Shown here in pieces: positions 36,201-45,206 of a stretch of 64,000 nucleotides of DNA. Each line of letters begins with the position of its first letter. Within the stretch, counting starts at the first letter, position 1. This stretch comes from a virus, in IMG/VR virus record IMGVR_UViG_3300033485_000003, positions 38,958 through 102,957 of that record, one strand, 5' to 3'. The translations under genes were made by a program, and so were the position numbers. The notes beneath the pieces are model-generated. The model saw only the letters and a program-made list of their open reading frames with translations. It ran no database searches and was not told the DNA's origin.

Positions 36201-36728
36201 GGATTCCAGCAGATCCTCGATAGATACATGACCGTCGGTCAGATCCTCGAGGGATTTTTCGGGGTTGCAAATGCATCAAAGGATCCTCGATTGGATTACC
36301 GCCGAGATGAATACTGGTTCCGCCAAGTAGACGTCCTGAATCAGAAGCAGCAACTCGAGCAACAGGCCCAAGCGCAGCAACAGCAAGCAATGCAAGGCGC
36401 TCAGCAACCAGGACAGGGCGATCCGTCCGCACAGCAAGGTGCGCAGCAACCCCAAGACGCGCAACAGGCAGCTCCACAACAAGGCACTGACCAACAAGCT
36501 GCTTCACAGCCCCAGCAAGACCCGAACCAGCCGGACCTTTCGACCGGAATCGACCAGCTCGCCGGGCTACTGAACAAGTCAGAAAGCCAACTCCCTATGT
36601 CGAAGCGACATCTTTTGGCACAACAGCGGATGTTCATTTCGCGCGCCATGTCGACCCTAGAGGAAGAGTCGAAAATCGCCATTAAGGAAATTGCCGGAAT
36701 CGCCAAGAAGCATATTGCGCCCAAATAG
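33285..36728 (+). CDS. Portal protein with an intein and a Gln-rich tail
   Basis: IDAGTI, GYPLTPL, NRLFFQSGRAARG, FQMSPEEL and GIRPLL motifs; position upstream of the protease and capsid genes. Confidence 0.85.
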   Translation: MKMTTSDLFAPSAIVPVKRKKSAMVEMVNVPNDNAYEALNKSLMSMDGQEDKPVKRLAFEVDPTTGVSIYASLYRPKQKGLSDIMLKRLSVQASIVASIVGARGNQVSAFGRPQPDRFSTGYKIKARPDVLEGLGQDDKEALQKRIAKAEQLFLTCGKTSGTEDTKELSFSQFLFMTTRNALVFGRVAVEAIPNAEGEFHSFRPIDAGTIYFATAQKDAADNVRRQAQNLLARLKNEKPEVYIDSRGRNVDELFGNDEYAWVQVIDDKPRQFFTAKECLVHNFYPVTDIESEGYPLTPLDTVVSDVTTFINITTHNRLFFQSGRAARGAIVCQSDDIDDIDLQQMRQQFQANINGVGNSWRTPLFKVGKDDKVDWFSIDSNARDQEYQYLSDSNARTILSGFQMSPEELSGYAHLSRGTNSQALCLHPDTQIWTQVGATTIGDLLGTEREVCGFNVWTGTGWSPARAFVTGSRRICKTTTSNGITITSSPEHRFRVVESDGSLGWREQRDLVVGDVVLVNRQPVPGDESNIPSYRGRKLTKDMMEVLGWLTGDGTLTVRKAGKVHHSKQLEFYYHHIKEVEIRERHFQILKSFGLNPRIVDRQVSRIAVERQKRVCGFQSVADVRRNITLSDTVFVEWLLSLGFVPSSQHKAIPAFIHGLPVELRGAFLKGFFSADGSCDTLNTPSITIASLDTREATKKLLLNMGIRTRYCEGTTRTSFVKVDGQESYKKEYIKAPSKLIIKDKLEFYERIGFLQPHKQPDLDALKKSDCRWIKTAASVALNLCDKILSRPGMGHEERDVVRHALADNKSPFRTLSNVQRIAEKYREVLPKWTSDFYQESVVQLETSNDSVEMVDVEVFDQTHAFVANGLIVHNSESNVEYQLEAHRDTGIRPLLWQMQNFINHRIFPLIDAELAKICTFAFVGLDAETAEKETTRLQSDATVHMTYDQILQKVEKKPLGAKWGGSFPLNPGFQQILDRYMTVGQILEGFFGVANASKDPRLDYRRDEYWFRQVDVLNQKQQLEQQAQAQQQQAMQGAQQPGQGDPSAQQGAQQPQDAQQAAPQQGTDQQAASQPQQDPNQPDLSTGIDQLAGLLNKSESQLPMSKRHLLAQQRMFISRAMSTLEEESKIAIKEIAGIAKKHIAPK
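34557..35909 (+). mobile_element. Intein (451 aa) with LAGLIDADG endonuclease in the portal
   Basis: AL|CLHPDT...SPEHRF...LGWLTGDG...FLKGFFSADG...MVDVEV..HAFVANGLIVHN|S. Confidence 0.92.
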
Positions 36729-36749
36729 TGGGTGTGGTATCTAAGAGGG

Positions 36750-37364
36750 ATGAAAATCATCTCTCCATCAGCAGAACTGGTTTGGATCACCCCCAATGCC
36801 GCGCAAGTCGTTGAGATGGCTGCGCGCAAATGCTACGCCTCTGAAGATCAGTACGATCCCGCCCGCACGGCAGACTTCATCGACCGTGTAGTCAATCAAA
36901 AACACCATGAGAGCGTCATGGAGCACGCTAGCGCTTGCTTCGACTTCACCACAGACCGCGGAGTAATGGCCGAACTCACACGCCACCGCCTCGCCAGCTT
37001 TTCGGTTCAGAGTACCCGATACTGTTCATATAACAAGAGCAAATTCGGTAGTCAAATCGAGGTGTTGGAGCCGCCAGGACTCACTCCGGGTCAAGAGTTC
37101 TTGTGGGTTCAATCGGTGGAGATGGCAGAAAGGTGTTACATGCAGATGTTGGCCCTGGGAGCACAGCCGCAGATTGCTCGCTCGGTTTTGCCGAACAGTC
37201 TGGCTACTCACTTGCGGGTGACCGCCAACCTTCGCGAATGGCGCCACATATTCCGTCTCCGGACAGATAAGGCGGCGCACCCGCAAATCCGCGAAATCAT
37301 GGAGATGGCTCAATATATTATGGCCCGTCAGGTTCCAGAGTTATTCGGCGTCGAAGCTTCTTGA
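36750..37364 (+). CDS. thyX: Flavin-dependent thymidylate synthase
   Basis: HESVMEH, RHRLASFSVQSTRY, ARSVLP, NLREWRH and AHPQIR motifs. Confidence 0.95.
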   Translation: MKIISPSAELVWITPNAAQVVEMAARKCYASEDQYDPARTADFIDRVVNQKHHESVMEHASACFDFTTDRGVMAELTRHRLASFSVQSTRYCSYNKSKFGSQIEVLEPPGLTPGQEFLWVQSVEMAERCYMQMLALGAQPQIARSVLPNSLATHLRVTANLREWRHIFRLRTDKAAHPQIREIMEMAQYIMARQVPELFGVEAS

Positions 37365-37424
37365 CATCGTCGACCGACCCGCGGTAATACTCGCCCATCA
37401 GCAGCAAACTCACACGGAGGGCAA

Positions 37425-38540
37425 ATGGCGACCATAGAAGTGAACAAGAATGACGCACCGGCTGGTTATGACGTGTTGTGCCTCAACGATGCTCGTAAGG
37501 CGCTGATGTATTCTGTCGCGTCGGACCAGCCAATCAACCTTATCGGTCCTCCAGGTGTCGGCAAGTCGGCGATCGTGTCGGAAGTTGCCAAGATGGTAAA
37601 TCTCCCACTTCACACTCTCATTTTGGCGCTGTGCGAACCTACGGATGTCGGTGGGGCACTGATTCAGAATGGGAAGCAAATTGACCGGATTCCTCTTAGC
37701 GTCGTCAAGTTTGCTTGTGACAATCCAGTCGTCCTGTTTTTGGACGAGTTGACATGCGCTCCGGCGACAGTACAGGCTGCAGCTCTGCGGTTGGTGTTTG
37801 AACGTTGGGCTGGGGACCAAAAGCTTCATCCTGGCACGCGCATTATTGCGGCATCCAACCCTCCGGAGCAAGCTTCTGGTGGCTCTGAACTCTCTCTACC
37901 TCTTCTTGGTCGTATGACTCAGATCAAGATGCGTCCCACCGTCAAGGAGGTCCAGGACTACTTCTACCAGCTTGGACCGGAAAACTCCACGCTGCGCTCA
38001 TTGGCGGTAGACTTCGCAGCTACACTGGAGATGGCGCCGGACTTGTTGGCGATTGAGCCGCCGCCAGGAACGGTTATGAGTGGCAAGCCTTGGGGGGCTC
38101 CTCGTTCGTATGAGCGCGGGCTTCGAGTGTGCGCTACGGCACTCGACCAAGGCGAGTCCGATGGAAGCAATATCTTCGCAGCCTGCCTCGCAGGTAACGT
38201 CGGCGACGACGCGGCACTTGGGTTCATGACGATCCGAAAGATCCGAGAGACGCTGCCGTCCATCAAGGAAGTTCAGAGTAATCCCAAAGGCGCCAAGCTC
38301 CCTGAAGATGTCAATTCATCCGTCGCCGTGCTGGGTGTTTTGGCTCAGGTGTGCCAGACGGACCCGTGCGCTGCAGCGATTTACATGGACCGCCTGGAGC
38401 ACGAAGTTCGTGCAGCGGCTACCCGAGCTCTCGGTCGCTTCAAGATGCAGCAGTACACGTCGTCGCCGTTCTATGAAGAAGGTATCGCGGCGCGTAACCG
38501 GTTGCTCGGAACTCTCGGTAAGACGATGGCCAAGCTCTAA
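37425..38540 (+). CDS. MoxR-like AAA+ ATPase
   Basis: GPPGVGKS, LFLDEL, AASN and PRSYE motifs. Confidence 0.85.
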   Translation: MATIEVNKNDAPAGYDVLCLNDARKALMYSVASDQPINLIGPPGVGKSAIVSEVAKMVNLPLHTLILALCEPTDVGGALIQNGKQIDRIPLSVVKFACDNPVVLFLDELTCAPATVQAAALRLVFERWAGDQKLHPGTRIIAASNPPEQASGGSELSLPLLGRMTQIKMRPTVKEVQDYFYQLGPENSTLRSLAVDFAATLEMAPDLLAIEPPPGTVMSGKPWGAPRSYERGLRVCATALDQGESDGSNIFAACLAGNVGDDAALGFMTIRKIRETLPSIKEVQSNPKGAKLPEDVNSSVAVLGVLAQVCQTDPCAAAIYMDRLEHEVRAAATRALGRFKMQQYTSSPFYEEGIAARNRLLGTLGKTMAKL

Positions 38541-39298
38541 TGGACACACAAATTCAGGTGCGGATTGGGAATGTCGACAGCCCGCTGCGGTCGATGTCTG
38601 TAGGAGATCTTGTTGACCGACTAGAGCAAACCAATAAATTATTGGAGTCGTTGGGTTTTAAAAGTGGACGAGTGAGTTGGATTCAGTCACCATCTGAAGC
38701 TTGGACTAAAGGTAGTCCGTCAACGCGGTCGATAGACTATCAGTTTACAGTACAAGGGACAACCTCTGTACGTCGAATCAAAACTGCAAGTCCGTCCGTA
38801 TATGCTTATGGGGAAGGTAGTATCAGAGATTTGATTGGACGGTTGATGGCTGGGAATAAGAGTAATATCATTTCTCTTCTAGACAAGAAGAGGATGTCTT
38901 CGCGACGTGCTGTATTGGCGGAGTTTTTGCCGGGGGATGAATTGAGGATGTCGGTGGTAGTAGTGCCTAGTCGACAATGTTCACGCTGCGGGAAAACCGT
39001 CACAAAGGTTACACAAATTCATCAGAACTCAGAAGAGTGCCTCCGGCTATATAATCAGAGGACCTATCCGAAAATCGGTATGGTTTTGATTGAACAAGCA
39101 GATTTGAGGTCCGCGCTTTACAACACCCCTGGTGTGGACATTAAACACGCTCCAGTCCAATACGAGCTTTGGGCTCCAAAGTGGGTAGATGCCGCCTACA
39201 AAATGTGGCAATCTGGAGACTCCACGTTCAACGAGCTCACTCTCGCTGAGTTGCTCAAGCAGATGAATCCAGTTGACGCTCCATCGGAATCCAAGTAA
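38540..39298 (+). CDS. Hypothetical protein (CxxC...H...C zinc motif)
   Basis: TAATG-coupled between the ATPase and vWA genes. Confidence 0.65.
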   Translation: MDTQIQVRIGNVDSPLRSMSVGDLVDRLEQTNKLLESLGFKSGRVSWIQSPSEAWTKGSPSTRSIDYQFTVQGTTSVRRIKTASPSVYAYGEGSIRDLIGRLMAGNKSNIISLLDKKRMSSRRAVLAEFLPGDELRMSVVVVPSRQCSRCGKTVTKVTQIHQNSEECLRLYNQRTYPKIGMVLIEQADLRSALYNTPGVDIKHAPVQYELWAPKWVDAAYKMWQSGDSTFNELTLAELLKQMNPVDAPSESK

Positions 39299-39307
39299 GA
39301 GGGGCCC

Positions 39308-40465
39308 ATGTCCAACGCCACAATCGAACGGTGTCAAGCTAATGTCGCCATGCTCGGGTACTTGCACCCGGCTTTCCTTATGATTCATGCCAGGATTCGT
39401 AATCGGTACCGAGTGACGTCGGAGCCTGGTATGACGATGGAGGTGACTGCAAACGGATATTTGCTCATCGGAGAGCAGTTCGCGTCCAGACTCACTTCAG
39501 ATGAATTGCAGGGGTGTTTGGCGCACGAGATGTTGCATTTGGTGTTGGGGTATTTCGACCGTCTAGGTTCGAGAGATGAATACATCTTCAATATCGCCAG
39601 CGACATGACGATCAATCACGCCCTTCGCAAAGACGGCATCAAACTGCCGGAAGGTGCAGTTTATCCTCCACTAGAATACACAGGAGATCTGTTTTCTGAG
39701 GCCGTGTACGAGTGGTTGCTGAAGAACCCGCAGCACATCCCGCCCCGACCACAAGGGCGCGCGTCAGTCGGCGCGGGGTGCGGCCCCATCAAAGAAGACG
39801 GTCAAGACGGTAAAGATGGTCTAGATTGGAAGAAGATTTCGGTCGAAGCCAGAGCGGCGGCCAGTCAGAACGGTTCGACCGCCATCGGAACACTTCTTTC
39901 GCCAAGGGCGGGTAGAATTGACTTCAAGCGGATTATCCGACACGGATTCAATGACGCCACCTCTGGTAGGAGCCGTGATTTTCAGACGTACGCAAGGCGT
40001 CCGCGTCGCCCTACGTCCGGAATTATCCTGCCTGGGTGGGGAAGTTACAATACGTCCATCGCGGTGGTAGTTGACGCTTCCGGCAGCATGAGCCGCGAGT
40101 GGATAAACGTAATCGCGGCGGAAACCATTGGCTTAATGAAGACGTTTCCTGGAGTCAATGTGTATTTGGCGGTCCATACGTCAGTTTTGGAGTGGTCTGG
40201 CTGGTTGAGTTCCACACAAAGTTGGAAACTCAATGAAGCTCTATCGTTCACCGGCGGCACTAACCCGCAGCCAGCTTACGATGCCGTCAGGACTGCCATG
40301 AAAGGTCGATGTGAAAACCTCATCCACTTTACAGATACCGAGTTTGGGTCTGAATGGCCTGCAGTGCCAGCTAAACACCTGATTGTAGGTGCATTTGGGA
40401 GGAATATTTCAACTCAACCGCCGGCTGGCTCTCAAGTCATTGTATGCGAGGTTGATGGCGTGTAG
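39308..40465 (+). CDS. DUF2201-like metallopeptidase + vWA domain protein
   Basis: AHEMLH, NIASDMTIN, MIDAS DASGS, GGT and FTD motifs. Confidence 0.85.
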   Translation: MSNATIERCQANVAMLGYLHPAFLMIHARIRNRYRVTSEPGMTMEVTANGYLLIGEQFASRLTSDELQGCLAHEMLHLVLGYFDRLGSRDEYIFNIASDMTINHALRKDGIKLPEGAVYPPLEYTGDLFSEAVYEWLLKNPQHIPPRPQGRASVGAGCGPIKEDGQDGKDGLDWKKISVEARAAASQNGSTAIGTLLSPRAGRIDFKRIIRHGFNDATSGRSRDFQTYARRPRRPTSGIILPGWGSYNTSIAVVVDASGSMSREWINVIAAETIGLMKTFPGVNVYLAVHTSVLEWSGWLSSTQSWKLNEALSFTGGTNPQPAYDAVRTAMKGRCENLIHFTDTEFGSEWPAVPAKHLIVGAFGRNISTQPPAGSQVIVCEVDGV

Positions 40466-40505
40466 AGTTGTGGTATAATGGTCATATCAATAATGAGGAG
40501 TAGAT

Positions 40506-40754
40506 ATGGACGACGAGTTGGTAGTCAACGATGTTATTTTGCTTAAAGATATGCTTCAGGAAACAGGCAAGGCGTTGTATTTGTACAACGTAGACGCTGC
40601 CGGAACACAAGTTAAGGGGGTTTACGGTACACCACCCAAGAATCAATTAGACCTTGACTATGTCATGCGTGACGCACTTGACGAGTACGCATCTTTGAAT
40701 TCCATCCTGATGGCAGAAGAAGATTTTAAGGCGTACCACGACGCGTGTAACTAA
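40506..40754 (+). CDS. Small protein (ALYLYN family copy 1)
   Basis: TGgTATAAT promoter and GAGGAG RBS. Confidence 0.7.
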   Translation: MDDELVVNDVILLKDMLQETGKALYLYNVDAAGTQVKGVYGTPPKNQLDLDYVMRDALDEYASLNSILMAEEDFKAYHDACN

Positions 40755-40763
40755 GGAGTTCAC

Positions 40764-41045
40764 ATGGGCGAACTAATCAAGCAGTATGTCGCAACTGGAA
40801 GTACTATTCTGGCTGAAGTTGGTTTTCTTAAGCCAGGAGAGGCTTTGTATTTGTACAATTACACGTTCCTCACCAAGACCGAGTATGTAGGCGGGGCCGC
40901 ACCGAAGGGTCAGGTCGGTGTAGAAGAAGCTGTCGTGAACGCTCTGGTTGGTGGCATGGAGCTGTATGCCATTCTGATGTCCCATGAAGATTTCAAGGCG
41001 TACAATGATGCTTGTGTAGCGAAAGAGACAATCAAACTTGGATAA
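40764..41045 (+). CDS. Small protein (ALYLYN family copy 2)
   Basis: ALYLYN...ILMSHEDFKAYNDAC. Confidence 0.7.
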   Translation: MGELIKQYVATGSTILAEVGFLKPGEALYLYNYTFLTKTEYVGGAAPKGQVGVEEAVVNALVGGMELYAILMSHEDFKAYNDACVAKETIKLG

Positions 41046-41056
41046 CACATGGCTCG

Positions 41057-41278
41057 ATGACTTTTTCGCCAATTACCGAGACTCCGTCAATGATTTGTGG
41101 AGCCCTAATGACCGCTTTCGAGAAAGGGAAGATGTTGACTCACGTCTTGATGTGTAGTCAAGACTTTGAGACATACCGGGAGATCCAGGCTGCCGCTCCG
41201 AAGGATACGGTCAACGTCGAGCAGATCGAGGCTCGGTCGTTGCGACATTTTGACGGAACCACCACCGCATGTAAGTAG
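41057..41278 (+). CDS. Small protein, distant relative of the previous two
   Basis: VLMCSQDFETY. Confidence 0.5.
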   Translation: MTFSPITETPSMICGALMTAFEKGKMLTHVLMCSQDFETYREIQAAAPKDTVNVEQIEARSLRHFDGTTTACK

Positions 41279-41311
41279 CCTTCAGCCCAATCTTGCATGA
41301 GAGGTGTCTGA

Positions 41312-43549
41312 ATGCTCCTGCAAGATTTGCTCAAAAGCGTAGCTAGGTCTGCCGCCTTCCGACACCCGACGACTGGTCAGGTGTGGGAAGTCGGCAGTTT
41401 TCATGACATCGATTCCGTTCCAACAGAACATCATGGTCAGGTAGAGGCCGGCTACGTCGACCACATTGGTAAGTTTTTGACTAACGATCAAGCCAAGCAA
41501 ATCGTACTCCAGGATGTAAAAAAGTCCGAAGCTCCAGCGTCAAAAGAAGACGACACCATTCTTGACGGCGTCCTCGCCTCGGAAGCAATCGACAAGTCCG
41601 GCGAAGTGATGGACATCGAAGGGTGCGACATCACCGAATTCGACGAAGGTAAAGGCCTTCTCAATTACGAGCACAAAGACACCGGCCCTCAAGACGTCAT
41701 CGGCAAAATCCTCTACGCCAAGAAGATTTTCAGCGCCAAAGACTGCACCAACGACCGCCAGCGTAAGTATTGGGATGATCTCAAACTCCCTATGATCTAC
41801 GGAATCGTGCGATTGGCGGACGGCAGCGGACACCCAGGAGCCATCGCAGCGGCTGCTCGAATCCGCGACGACATCAAGCATGATGAGCCGTCGAGATGGG
41901 GTTTTTCGATTGAAGGAACAACCATCAAGCGCGACACCAAAACCGGGCGACTGCTCGTGACTATCGCCAAACGATGTGCGTTGACGTTCAAGCCATGCAA
42001 CGAATCCGCAGCTACCGGGCTGATTTATGACCCAGGTGTCAAGTCGGACTTGTTCCGCACTGCACCGTCGGACGCTTCTGTGGTCGGCGGTGAAGACTTA
42101 GTCAAGACTTTCGACGCGGCTCCGTCGCAACTCACCGGTACTGCAGCGCTAGCCACAGAAGATCTCGGAATCAAAGGTAAACTCCGTCGCGCTCTCAAGA
42201 AGTGGGATCGCAAGACCCCTCTGAAGGCATTCTTGAAGATGCAGATGCCAGAAGCCGATCCATCATACATCGACAACTTCGCTGATATGACGGAGCGCTA
42301 CACAATCCGCAAGGCGCAAGAACTGGCCCTCAAAAAGCACTTGATCAAGTCGGTCGTCACCAAGATGGCGGTCAAGACACTCAAGAAGAACAGGGCCGAT
42401 GCCAAGGCCGCACTGGTGGCGAAGATGGATTCGCTCGGGGTAGAACTCCTAGAGGAACTTCAAAAAGCCGACCAACCTAAACCTATACCGTCAAAGGTCG
42501 GGCCGATGATCCGCAAGGCGGCGCCACCAGAGCCAGAAACCGTCAAATACAACGGTCGTACAGTCAAACCCGGCTTCGCTATTGCAGGTGAAGGTAATAA
42601 CAAGCAGCACCTCAGAGTTCTAGAGCATACACCAGAACATCTCATCGCCGTGCCGAAAGAGAAAATCGGCGGATGGCAAGCGTCCGACCTTCTCAAGTTG
42701 CCGCGCAACAAGGTCCCCGGCAATATCTGGATGACACGCCCCCCGGAATACGTCGGTACACCAGCCGTCATCGACTCCAAAACCCACGGGCTGGTGAATT
42801 ACACCCACCACCCAGAAGTTCACGCGTTGATCCATGGGTTAGACATGGGTCAATCCAGCAAGGCAGGTACGGTCGGGATGAAAGCTAAGGCCGGACAGGC
42901 CGCTTGGATGAAAAATGCAGCAGGCAAGCATGTTTACGTTAAGCGTGATGACAATGAACGCCCCTTCGGCGAGTCTAAGCGTGAGGCTTTGTACCACAAC
43001 CTCGCCAAGGACTTTTATGGAATGGGCAAGTACGTCACACCAACTGCGGCCGTGATCCACCCGACCACAGGGCAGCACTACACGGTGGTGGAACATACTC
43101 CAGGCGAGCACTTCAAGCACGGCGATGGCCACCCCGAGATGCTTCAAAATCTGGCAAAGAGTGGAGAGCTCCATAAGCTCGCTATCATGAACGGTATTGC
43201 CCACAACAACGACCGCCACCAGTTTAACTACCTCCTCGACAACGGCAACATGAAACTCATCGATCATGGTCTCGCTTTCAGTGGCGGCGGAAGCACAAAA
43301 GCTCCGATGACTCCACACTACATGTACGGTGGGGCAGAAGAACTTCCCGTCCACCCAGAAGCCCAAAGGTGGCTGCAAAAACTTAAGCCGGCTGAATTGG
43401 AACGCCAAATGAACCAGCACGGCGTGCCACCGGAATTCGTCCAAGAGGCATCACGCCGCCTGCAAGCAATGCAATCCCACGTCCAGGCAAACCCGAAGGC
43501 TAAGTTGTATCAGGCCTTGAACTCCCCATTTGAAGGTGGTACGAAGTAG
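41312..43549 (+). CDS. Prohead protease fused to a C-terminal PI3/4-kinase- or HipA-like kinase
   Basis: Protease: DGVLASEAIDKSGE, LNYEH, VIGKI, GFSIEG, CALTFKPCN. Kinase: YVK, REA, NNDRHQFN, IDHGLAF. Confidence 0.85.
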   Translation: MLLQDLLKSVARSAAFRHPTTGQVWEVGSFHDIDSVPTEHHGQVEAGYVDHIGKFLTNDQAKQIVLQDVKKSEAPASKEDDTILDGVLASEAIDKSGEVMDIEGCDITEFDEGKGLLNYEHKDTGPQDVIGKILYAKKIFSAKDCTNDRQRKYWDDLKLPMIYGIVRLADGSGHPGAIAAAARIRDDIKHDEPSRWGFSIEGTTIKRDTKTGRLLVTIAKRCALTFKPCNESAATGLIYDPGVKSDLFRTAPSDASVVGGEDLVKTFDAAPSQLTGTAALATEDLGIKGKLRRALKKWDRKTPLKAFLKMQMPEADPSYIDNFADMTERYTIRKAQELALKKHLIKSVVTKMAVKTLKKNRADAKAALVAKMDSLGVELLEELQKADQPKPIPSKVGPMIRKAAPPEPETVKYNGRTVKPGFAIAGEGNNKQHLRVLEHTPEHLIAVPKEKIGGWQASDLLKLPRNKVPGNIWMTRPPEYVGTPAVIDSKTHGLVNYTHHPEVHALIHGLDMGQSSKAGTVGMKAKAGQAAWMKNAAGKHVYVKRDDNERPFGESKREALYHNLAKDFYGMGKYVTPTAAVIHPTTGQHYTVVEHTPGEHFKHGDGHPEMLQNLAKSGELHKLAIMNGIAHNNDRHQFNYLLDNGNMKLIDHGLAFSGGGSTKAPMTPHYMYGGAEELPVHPEAQRWLQKLKPAELERQMNQHGVPPEFVQEASRRLQAMQSHVQANPKAKLYQALNSPFEGGTK

Positions 43550-43551
43550 TC

Positions 43552-44718
43552 ATGAACGCCTCCAACATCATCATGGTTTACCAGACCCACCCACACGAAT
43601 CGGGTGAAATCCATCACGTTCTCGTGGCCAAGTTTTTGCAAGTTCCTGGTCGCACGACACTTCTCGAGGATCATACGCCGGACCACACATTCGACGCGAT
43701 TGCGAACGACCCCGTCGCCATCGAGTCCAAGCTCAACGCCGCCAAGCGCTCCATGTATTTTCAGGTGTGCACTCTACAAGAGCTCAATGAGGGCGAACAC
43801 CCCGAATTATTGTCAGAGGCGCTCTTGCCGCCAGCCCATGGGCCGGAGTCTCGGTTCGATTACTTCCGCATTGGAATGCCGCAGCCGCAGCTCCTCGAGT
43901 TCTATGAGGGAGAAGGACACCTGGACGGGCACCCATTGTCGGACGAAGAGCTACAGTTGATTCACTCGAACATTGAGCGAGGTTTGGCGTCGCTTTCGTA
44001 TCACAAGGACGAGCCTGAAGTTATTGCTAAGTCGGAGGATCTCGCGAAGGTAGAGCCCCACCTTGAGGCGGCGCTAGGGGGTCTCCGTGCTGCAGTGGCA
44101 GCCGGCCATGTACATCCGGATGTTCTCAAAACACTATCCGGGCATATTTTCAAGGATACCATGGTGCCTACAATGGGCAACCGCGTATCGTTCCAGGATT
44201 TTATGTCGCGCCCGAGAGAGGGCGTTCATATCAGACTAGATGGCGCAAAATTCGGCGGCATCAATAAGCGTGCCGGGTTTGAAACTGGCAACGAAGCAAT
44301 CAAGTCTATGTTCGGTGCGGTTCGTTCGGCATTAGATGAGAGTGTCGGACGCAAAAATGCAAAGTCGTGGCGCATTGGTGGAGACGAAGGTCACGTACAT
44401 GTACCTACACTTGAGCACGCCGCTATGTTCCATCGCTCGCTCAAGCGCCACTTGGACGCTCTCCCCCTCGTGGCAGGTCAGAAGCTCGCCTTCGACATGG
44501 GTGTTGGTAAGACGCCGGAAGCCGCAGAGCAAGGTCTGATTCAAGCCAAGACGAAGGGGAAGTCTATGAACTATCCCCTACACGAGCTGAGGACTCACGC
44601 CTACGTTAACATTCCGGGTCATGAAGGGCATCTTCCTACAGAGACGGAACAGCCACCTAAGGTTCAGACTCCGACGCAGCCGACAGAGAAGCCGGCTGAG
44701 CCCAAGGTCACTACGTAA
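43552..44718 (+). CDS. Head-module protein with a variant GGDEF domain
   Basis: DTMVPTMGNRVSF, RLDGAKFGGINKRAGFETGNEAI, WRIGGDEG and DMGVG motifs. Confidence 0.75.
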   Translation: MNASNIIMVYQTHPHESGEIHHVLVAKFLQVPGRTTLLEDHTPDHTFDAIANDPVAIESKLNAAKRSMYFQVCTLQELNEGEHPELLSEALLPPAHGPESRFDYFRIGMPQPQLLEFYEGEGHLDGHPLSDEELQLIHSNIERGLASLSYHKDEPEVIAKSEDLAKVEPHLEAALGGLRAAVAAGHVHPDVLKTLSGHIFKDTMVPTMGNRVSFQDFMSRPREGVHIRLDGAKFGGINKRAGFETGNEAIKSMFGAVRSALDESVGRKNAKSWRIGGDEGHVHVPTLEHAAMFHRSLKRHLDALPLVAGQKLAFDMGVGKTPEAAEQGLIQAKTKGKSMNYPLHELRTHAYVNIPGHEGHLPTETEQPPKVQTPTQPTEKPAEPKVTT

Positions 44719-44730
44719 TATAAGTGACAA

Positions 44731-44853
44731 TGTCGTAGATAAACGCCACCCATTGGATGGCTTTGTTATTTTCAAGGTTTATTCGGAATCGCGCCTCACT
44801 CTTACGGCAATGAGTTGATGGCGCAAGATAACGACCAAATTACGGCACCACCA
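44731..44853 (+). ncRNA. Candidate multibranch structured RNA
   Basis: Nested stems TGTCGTAG/TTACGGCA, TTGTTATTTT/AAGATAACGA and GCGCC-TCA-CTC/GAG-TGA-GGCGC. Confidence 0.35.
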
Positions 44854-44873
44854 GCAGCCTCTGACGGGGAAGA

Positions 44874-45206
44874 CTATGTCACGCGCATGGCCCGGAAGAA
44901 AGGGCTGTCGAACCCTGACGCTCGCTTCTCTGAAGCCCTCCGACTCAGCCCTTCGCACATTTTGCATTTGGACTGATGTTTGTTGAAGGCCAACAGTTCG
45001 ACTTCAACCGAACGACATGCCGAGCATTCCTTGAGTCCCATGGCGCGCATACACTTTCGACACACACCGTTGCGTCCGCAATGCGCCGGCAACTGGCATT
45101 CCTTGCACATCGTGATGCGAAGACCTTTGTCTACAGCCAGGCGATTCCGCTTGCAACGTAAGCAGGTCTTGCCGATGTACGAATCGTGACAGGTGCGGCA
45201 TCTCAT
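44874..45206 (-). CDS. Cys-rich multi-zinc-finger protein
   Basis: Six CxxC pairs; ATGA-coupled. Confidence 0.65.
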   Translation of the reverse strand: MRCRTCHDSYIGKTCLRCKRNRLAVDKGLRITMCKECQLPAHCGRNGVCRKCMRAMGLKECSACRSVEVELLAFNKHQSKCKMCEGLSRRASEKRASGFDSPFFRAMRVT

